From IMG/VR virus record IMGVR_UViG_3300011335_000652, positions 1 through 61,791 of that record: 61,791 nucleotides of DNA, one strand, 5' to 3'. This stretch comes from a virus. Its lineage: Duplodnaviria; Caudoviricetes. Below the pieces are notes generated by a model. That model was not told where the DNA came from. It made no database searches and worked only from the letters and a program-made list of their open reading frames with translations. Numbering within the stretch: position 1 is the first letter of the stretch; each line of letters starts with the position of its first letter. The translations under genes and the position numbers were made by a program. This document shows positions 56,461-61,791 of the stretch, in pieces.

Positions 56461-57072
56461 TTATTCGTCTGTAAATGGGGTCTTCTGCAGGTACTCTATA
56501 GCCGCCTGAAGGGTAACCGGGTTGTCGTTAAAAAAACCTAGTGCCCGATTACACGCGTTGCATAAAAGCCCGCGCACAACCTTTGTAGTATGGCAGTGGT
56601 CCACCGCAAGGTTCGCATACCTCTGGCTTTTGTCCCCCTCTGATTGCTTGCAGATGGCGCACACACCGCCTTGCGCAGTGTACATATTCTCCCAATCCGT
56701 AAGCGTTATCCCAAACGCTCGTTTAAGGTGCGTATTTTTGACGTTTCTTGGTCTCCGTTTTCGATACTCCCGCATGTATTCGGCCCGTTGCGCGTGCGTA
56801 TTTTTAACGTTACTGCCGGGGGCGTACTTTGTATCCCAGAAAAAATTGTCTGGGCCCATCGGAGCGTCTATCTCCTTGCGCCGTAGCCTGTGGGCATCGG
56901 ATGGCCTATCACCAACCCCCGCAACGAACGCCCAGAAGTCACCCGCCCACGCGGGAACCATACCATATTTATTCCGGTCTTTATGCCATCCCCAGAGGCC
57001 GTATAGAGGGTGTTTTTCCCGTGTACCCCAATCTTCAGGGCGCTTGGCACTTTTAAGTATAGGTCTCTCCAT
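56461..57072 (-). CDS. Free-standing endonuclease VII-family homing endonuclease downstream of the MCP gene
   Basis: FGITLTDW...QGGVCAIC...LAVDHCH...VRGLLCNACNRALG. Confidence 0.85.
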   Translation of the reverse strand: MERPILKSAKRPEDWGTREKHPLYGLWGWHKDRNKYGMVPAWAGDFWAFVAGVGDRPSDAHRLRRKEIDAPMGPDNFFWDTKYAPGSNVKNTHAQRAEYMREYRKRRPRNVKNTHLKRAFGITLTDWENMYTAQGGVCAICKQSEGDKSQRYANLAVDHCHTTKVVRGLLCNACNRALGFFNDNPVTLQAAIEYLQKTPFTDE

Positions 57073-57109
57073 AGAAAAAAGGGGGAAGGTTTCCCCGCCC
57101 CCTTTCTAT
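57071..57109 (-). terminator. Terminator-like hairpin after the MCP gene
   Basis: Minus strand ATAGAAAGGGGG...GAAA...CCCCCTTTTTTCTAT. Confidence 0.65.
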
Positions 57110-57144
57110 CACCGTGTAGTTTACGTTTCAATAAAAAACGTAAC

Positions 57145-58050
57145 TCAGGCCCCAGGACACCCGTAAATACCGAGCGGATCTGACACCCCGAACGAATAAC
57201 GCTCGCGGGCCTTATAACGGACGTTCCCTGTGTCAAAGTCCCCGTCCATTGCAGTGACCATAGCGGTACGCTCGAAGTGCTTCATACCGTTAGGAACGTC
57301 AGTGGTCAGGAACCATGCGTCGGTGTCAGTGAAGTAGTGGTTCACTGCGTAGCCGCCGGGGATCGAACCATTCGAACGCAGAGCGTTGATGTCGTTATCG
57401 GCGGTAGCAACGCGCAAGTCCGTCTCAAGCAGACGGGTTGCAACGAACATCAGTGCAGGCGGAATGATCAGCTTGCGTGGGCGAGCGGCGATCAACAGGC
57501 CACGTTCGTCTTTGAACGCAGCGATATCAATCACAGCCTGCTCAAGCGCAGTTTCATTCAAGTCAACATCGACCGCAGGGCGGTTGCTGTTGGTGATGCC
57601 CGACACCGTTGGGTGCGAGGTGCTGAACAAAGTAACGCCATCACCCGAGTTAAACGAGGTGAAGCCGGTGTTCAACAAGGAAGCGGCCTTGACTTGCTTC
57701 GTGTAAGCCATGGCGCGAGCCAGTGCCTTCGTGTAGCGAGCCGACAGCGAGTCGTACAGGTTATCTTCCATCGCTTCTTCAGTGATGGCGAAGCCCATAG
57801 CCACGGTCTCGTGCGTATAGCGAGCCGTGAATGCTTCCTGAGCGTTATCATACGAGATAGCGCTACCTTCGGTCTTGACAGGTGCCGCACCGAAGCCCGA
57901 CAGCTTTTGTTCCTCTTCGAACGAACGTTCCGAAGACTCAGTATCGTAGATCTCAGTATGCTCGTTTTCGTACTTCTTGTATTCCAGACCAAACAGAGCG
58001 TTCAAACCGGGAAGAAGTTCTTTGAGAGCCTGTGCGCGTGAAATTGCCAT
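57145..58050 (-). CDS. Major capsid protein
   Basis: 301 aa; MAISRAQ.LKELLPGLNALFG...TEEA.EDNLY...YKARERYSFG.SDP; downstream of the scaffold gene. Confidence 0.88.
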   Translation of the reverse strand: MAISRAQALKELLPGLNALFGLEYKKYENEHTEIYDTESSERSFEEEQKLSGFGAAPVKTEGSAISYDNAQEAFTARYTHETVAMGFAITEEAMEDNLYDSLSARYTKALARAMAYTKQVKAASLLNTGFTSFNSGDGVTLFSTSHPTVSGITNSNRPAVDVDLNETALEQAVIDIAAFKDERGLLIAARPRKLIIPPALMFVATRLLETDLRVATADNDINALRSNGSIPGGYAVNHYFTDTDAWFLTTDVPNGMKHFERTAMVTAMDGDFDTGNVRYKARERYSFGVSDPLGIYGCPGA

Positions 58051-58063
58051 TGATCAGCCCTCC

Positions 58064-58738
58064 TTATACGCCGAGCGAGTTGTAATAAGAATGAACACCC
58101 ACGTTCAGCTTTACGATGAACTCAGGATACGCATCCGCTTCAGTGCCTTTAACTAGGTCGACAATACGCAAAGCGAGAGTCGAAGTAGTTGCCAACGAGC
58201 CACCGTTGGAGCCAACAGTCAAATTGAAGCTGGAGATACCGGTGGTAGTGTTACCGCCCGAGCCAAAGCCCAAAGCTGCGTTTTTACCAATAGCGCCCGG
58301 CCAACCGGAACCAGAAGTACCGGAGTTAAACGTACCCAAAGCTGCGGAACCTTTAACTTGGAACAGCGCGTCTGGATCGTCCATGACCAAAACAAACACT
58401 TCCGTGCCTGATGCAGAGTTGGTGACAGCGTTTGCTGGCAAGTAGTTTGCATACAAAGGCTGGTTGGTTGCTGCGCTTACATAACGAGCGCCAACGCAGA
58501 CACCAACGATACCGGCAGTAGCATCTGCCGAGGTTGCCGGAATCTTAATAGCCACGGGAGAAGTGGTAACAACAGCCGAAGGCTGACCAGCCGACGACAG
58601 GACGACTAGGTCGCCGTTGAAGATTGCTGCGGAGTTGTTTGCAGCAACCTTATATTCGCGGATTACACCGCCATTATAGGACTGACCACCGATAAGATTC
58701 AGTGGTTTCAGCCCGTAACCAGTAGCAACAGTAGACAT
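58064..58738 (-). CDS. Capsid-associated (cement-like) protein
   Basis: YGLKP...IFNGDLV...DDPD.LF; directly upstream of MCP. Confidence 0.6.
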   Translation of the reverse strand: MSTVATGYGLKPLNLIGGQSYNGGVIREYKVAANNSAAIFNGDLVVLSSAGQPSAVVTTSPVAIKIPATSADATAGIVGVCVGARYVSAATNQPLYANYLPANAVTNSASGTEVFVLVMDDPDALFQVKGSAALGTFNSGTSGSGWPGAIGKNAALGFGSGGNTTTGISSFNLTVGSNGGSLATTSTLALRIVDLVKGTEADAYPEFIVKLNVGVHSYYNSLGV

Positions 58739-58775
58739 ATGTCTGCTCCATGCTTAGGGTGGGACTAGATAAGGT

Positions 58776-59222
58776 TTAACCCTTACCAAACGTAGTGCGG
58801 GACGAACGCTCGGGCCGGAGCACGGGCATCCGTGGATCAGATTCGCGGAGGAAGTTTCGGTCTACAGCGTCCATCTGGGTCTGAGCCTCTTCGACTTGAC
58901 CATAGGTACGATCCTCTGCGACGTCAGCGGGGATACTGCAAAGCAACAATCCACCAACTTCGATATTCTCTGGGAAGCGAGATTCAAGATCGGACATGAT
59001 CTTGAGCTCGGGAAATTCAGTCGCCTTAACGGGCACATAACCTTCCCGGAAACGGCGTGAGACGTTTGTCATATCTGCCTGACCCAGAGCGGAGGTGCGA
59101 ACCCAACGGAACTTCAGTCCATCACGTGGTTCGGGGGTAGGTAGCATTGACTGTCTTTGCCAAGAGCGTTGCCGAGTTGCGTTTTCACGCGTTTCGACGG
59201 TACGTGGAGTCCGGTTAGCCAT
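58776..59222 (-). CDS. Conserved head-module protein
   Basis: FRWVR...REGY.PV...VGGLLLC.IP. Confidence 0.65.
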   Translation of the reverse strand: MANRTPRTVETRENATRQRSWQRQSMLPTPEPRDGLKFRWVRTSALGQADMTNVSRRFREGYVPVKATEFPELKIMSDLESRFPENIEVGGLLLCSIPADVAEDRTYGQVEEAQTQMDAVDRNFLRESDPRMPVLRPERSSRTTFGKG

Positions 59223-60129
59223 TCTGCATGTCCTTCAGTTTCTGCGCCGCGTAGTCTTTAATCGAAATTCCGAGCCTCTTGGCGATAGCGGCCTCGGACG
59301 AGGTTATAACAACTTTCGTGCGCGGTGCGGTAGAACTACGTCCACCGGGGGCCACCACGGAGCCCGTCTTACGTTGTGGTTGTTGTACCTCAGTATCCAC
59401 AAACCGGTCAGGGTAGCGTTTCTGCATAGCCTGATCGACCTTAGTATAGTACATATCTGAAGTGGAATCAACGCCAGACTCCATCAGCTCTTCATGCACC
59501 AACATGGCATAGCGACGCATACCGGCGTCAGTCTGAAACCACTCGTTTTTCTCGGCCCAAGCGCGTGCTTTTGGGTCGGGAGTAGGTACCCGAGGAGCCA
59601 CAGGCGTAACTGCTGTGGGTTCAGGCTGGCGTGGGGTGGATTGCCACTGCTCTACTCGATCTGCTTCGTTCTGCAGGCGCGAGAGTTTCAGCTGGTGCTC
59701 GATTACCGCGTCCGAGTCACCCGCCTCATATGCCTCTTTGAAGGCACGCTTGGCGATGGCAAGATCAGAGGCTACACGGGCCTTAGCCTGTGTAATCAGT
59801 ACGCTTTCACCTTCGGTCAGGTTTTTACGCAGACCGTCGTTCTCGCGTTTGATCTTCTCAGCATACGCGATTGCGGCTTCGCGTTCCCGGTCGGCGGCTT
59901 CTTTACGCCGACGCTCTTCGTGGAACTCAAACTTCAGCTTCTTGATGCGCTTCTGGACAGACTCACTGTGTTTGGTGAGGTCCTCGTCGTCATCATCAGC
60001 TGCAGCCGCCGCTGGCTCAGCAGTTTCGGGCTTGCGTCGCCCTCGGTCTTGTTCAGGAGTATCGTCCTGAATCTCAACCTCCAGATCGTCTTCGGTAAGA
60101 TCGACCACTTGATCCTGTTCGTCACTCAT
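59215..60129 (-). CDS. Probable scaffolding protein
   Basis: Acidic N-terminus, long coiled coil, WAEKNEWF, IAKRLGIS..DYA C-terminus. Confidence 0.7.
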   Translation of the reverse strand: MSDEQDQVVDLTEDDLEVEIQDDTPEQDRGRRKPETAEPAAAAADDDDEDLTKHSESVQKRIKKLKFEFHEERRRKEAADREREAAIAYAEKIKRENDGLRKNLTEGESVLITQAKARVASDLAIAKRAFKEAYEAGDSDAVIEHQLKLSRLQNEADRVEQWQSTPRQPEPTAVTPVAPRVPTPDPKARAWAEKNEWFQTDAGMRRYAMLVHEELMESGVDSTSDMYYTKVDQAMQKRYPDRFVDTEVQQPQRKTGSVVAPGGRSSTAPRTKVVITSSEAAIAKRLGISIKDYAAQKLKDMQNG

Positions 60130-60494
60130 GCGCGTGTGTACCCCCGTGGGTCTTCAACAACTGCTTCGACAGTGTCGTCATTGATGATGCGGAACTCTTT
60201 GCCCGCAACCTTGAACCGGGTACCCGAGTACGAACGGAAGATGATAAAGTCACCTTCTTTGCACCATGGTCCGGCAGGGAAGCGCGCTGGGTCACTATAG
60301 GCCTCGGGGCCAATAGTAATGACATAGCCAATAATAGAGGCTGTTTCTTCCATCTTCTTTAGCTGGTCGGGCATGTAGACCCCACCCTCTGTCTTTCCGG
60401 TCATTTCAGGAACGGCGATAAGGATTCGATACCCCTTCGGCTCCGGAAGTTTTGCGACAAGTGTCGCGTCCATTTCAGTATCAGTAACGTACAT
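60126..60494 (-). CDS. groES: GroES-like co-chaperonin (allele 2)
   Basis: PKGYRILI...KTEGGVYMP...G.VI.IGP...KEGD.I.F..YSGT...FRIINDD.V; SD AGGAG before ATG 60494. Confidence 0.85.
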   Translation of the reverse strand: MYVTDTEMDATLVAKLPEPKGYRILIAVPEMTGKTEGGVYMPDQLKKMEETASIIGYVITIGPEAYSDPARFPAGPWCKEGDFIIFRSYSGTRFKVAGKEFRIINDDTVEAVVEDPRGYTRA

Positions 60495-60565
60495 CGTATC
60501 TCCTGCAGTGATATAAGGCTCACCGTGCCTATGCGTGGTCGATTCCACGAATGCGTATAAGAGGA

Positions 60566-60754
60566 CTACTCTAGGGTATATCGTTGCTCGAGGTCCTTCA
60601 GTTCACCCTCGAGGCGGGTCAGGGCGGTGTACTCGCCCACACTGCGCCAATAGTCTTCCGGCGTTTTTGCGCCGCCTTCGGCTAGGTTTACCTGCAGGCT
60701 GAGCTTGCGGGCCTCTAACTCACGAAGTACCGGATAGAAGACGCCCTCGCTCAT
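60566..60754 (-). CDS. Small conserved phage protein (allele 2)
   Basis: Near-identical to 353-541. Confidence 0.8.
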   Translation of the reverse strand: MSEGVFYPVLRELEARKLSLQVNLAEGGAKTPEDYWRSVGEYTALTRLEGELKDLEQRYTLE

Positions 60755-61791
60755 TCAGTCAGCCCCCTTGCCATTTCCATGATAGTCCGAGCGGTCTCTA
60801 CGTTGGTCTTCTGGTCCAGCTCGGCGGCTTTGACGCTCATGTTTGCGGCGGCGCGCTCGCGCTCAGCCTCTACGCGGTCTGCTTGAACCAGCGTGTTGGC
60901 TTCCTTGGTGACCTTGTCCAACTCAAACTTCAATTTATCCATCTCAATCTTATGGGCCAGCTCTTTCTCCTTGATCGCAAGCTCGCGCTGTTGGATTTGA
61001 GTGAGCGGGTCAGCCTGCTGTTCCTCAGCCTGCTGCGCAGCGGCTTCGGCTTGGTCTTTTTGGAACAGCTTTGTTGCGGCCTGCGCGACAAGGCGGGAGA
61101 CCTGCAGTTCAATATCCTCGGGCATGGGCGCCTCTGGATCGGGCAGCTCGACGCCGAGCTGTTTTTGTATCTCGACGCGATACTGAAGTGCGACGTGCTC
61201 GGTGATGTGAGACATCATCGAAGACTGAATAGCAGCTGCAAATGGCGACTGCCCGACAATCTGTTGGATCTTTGGGTCGTTCAGCGCCATCATGTGCGTC
61301 TGGATGTGCGCCTCGTGATCTTGGTACGCGAAGGCCTTGATCGGCTCTTGCTTCAGGATCGCCATGTTCTCCGTCACTGGATCGCGTGGCTTGATGTCGT
61401 CCGGCAGCTTAATGATATCCGAGGCATCTTGAATGCCCATCACGTTCAGCATCTGCTGGTGCAACTTGCCCATATCGTACAGTTGAGGCGCCTGTTGTGC
61501 CAACTGAAGCGCCGCTTGATACTGCATGATCCGCTGAGCCATTGTGGCTGCGTTTGGATCGGACACGGGAATCACGTCTACCTTGCTGCCAAAGTCCTCA
61601 ACGCGGTTGGCGGGCTCTTCGAGCTCGTACGAGTACTCTGGCGGCATGTGGTCGCGTACAATCCACGCCAAAATCCGTAGTTCTTGCTTCATGGCAGCGT
61701 GCAGGCGGGCCTGAATACCCGACATAACTTTCATGGAGCGTTCCATAAGAGCCAATGTAGTTCCCACAGGCGCCTGCGCGTTCATGTCCCC
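60751..61791 (-). CDS. Portal protein C-terminal part (allele 2, truncated by the window edge)
   Basis: Matches the C-terminal ~345 aa of 538-2970 with scattered substitutions. Confidence 0.85.
   Translation of the reverse strand, partial: GDMNAQAPVGTTLALMERSMKVMSGIQARLHAAMKQELRILAWIVRDHMPPEYSYELEEPANRVEDFGSKVDVIPVSDPNAATMAQRIMQYQAALQLAQQAPQLYDMGKLHQQMLNVMGIQDASDIIKLPDDIKPRDPVTENMAILKQEPIKAFAYQDHEAHIQTHMMALNDPKIQQIVGQSPFAAAIQSSMMSHITEHVALQYRVEIQKQLGVELPDPEAPMPEDIELQVSRLVAQAATKLFQKDQAEAAAQQAEEQQADPLTQIQQRELAIKEKELAHKIEMDKLKFELDKVTKEANTLVQADRVEAERERAAANMSVKAAELDQKTNVETARTIMEMARGLTE

Larger units (their letters stand above)
60206..61791. repeat. Right copy of diverged terminal direct repeat
   Basis: Aligns to 1-1578 with an extra AAGAGGAC in the intergenic gap. 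Confidence 0.95.

Noticed and set aside
57277-58041. Long antisense ORFs (this one, and 598-1251, 28192-28959, 39407-40141, 59494-60300, 60883-61680)
   Set aside because: Shadow frames of codon-biased genes with no recognisable motifs, unlike the same-strand nested EndoVII ORFs.
60206-61791. True direct terminal repeat or second functional portal gene
   Set aside because: Physical terminal repeats should be identical; identity only in ~127-nt anchors points to an assembly bubble.

Overview
The window is an essentially complete ~60.2 kb tailed dsDNA phage genome with podovirus-like architecture: portal, terminase, major capsid, tail tubular proteins and large ejection proteins, with no tape measure or sheath recognised. 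It is circularly permuted. Positions 1-1578 and 60206-61791 are two diverged alleles of the same groES/portal segment, probably a strain bubble from assembly. Packaging and structural/lysis genes lie on the minus strand (1-6787, 32410-61791). A tRNA(CAU), a ~1.7 kb control region and the early/replication genes (MoxR-like AAA + VWA, PolA, PD-(D/E)XK nuclease, SNF2 helicase, primase-DUF927) lie on the plus strand (6961-32340). The most unusual signal is two endonuclease VII-type (HNH) homing endonuclease genes overprinted in the +2 frame inside host genes whose own frame stays open, each with its own Shine-Dalgarno. One lies inside the terminase intein. The other is a 486-nt insertion in a dATP/dGTP diphosphohydrolase gene with no intein or intron features. 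The control region also holds a type II hammerhead ribozyme downstream of a strong promoter and a ~510-nt ORF-poor structured leader, a four-copy repeat array containing a Chi-like octamer, a palindromic operator-like family and an iteron/IHF-rich ori candidate. A second palindrome family lies among the early genes. All calls come from reading the sequence and recognising motifs; no database searches were run.
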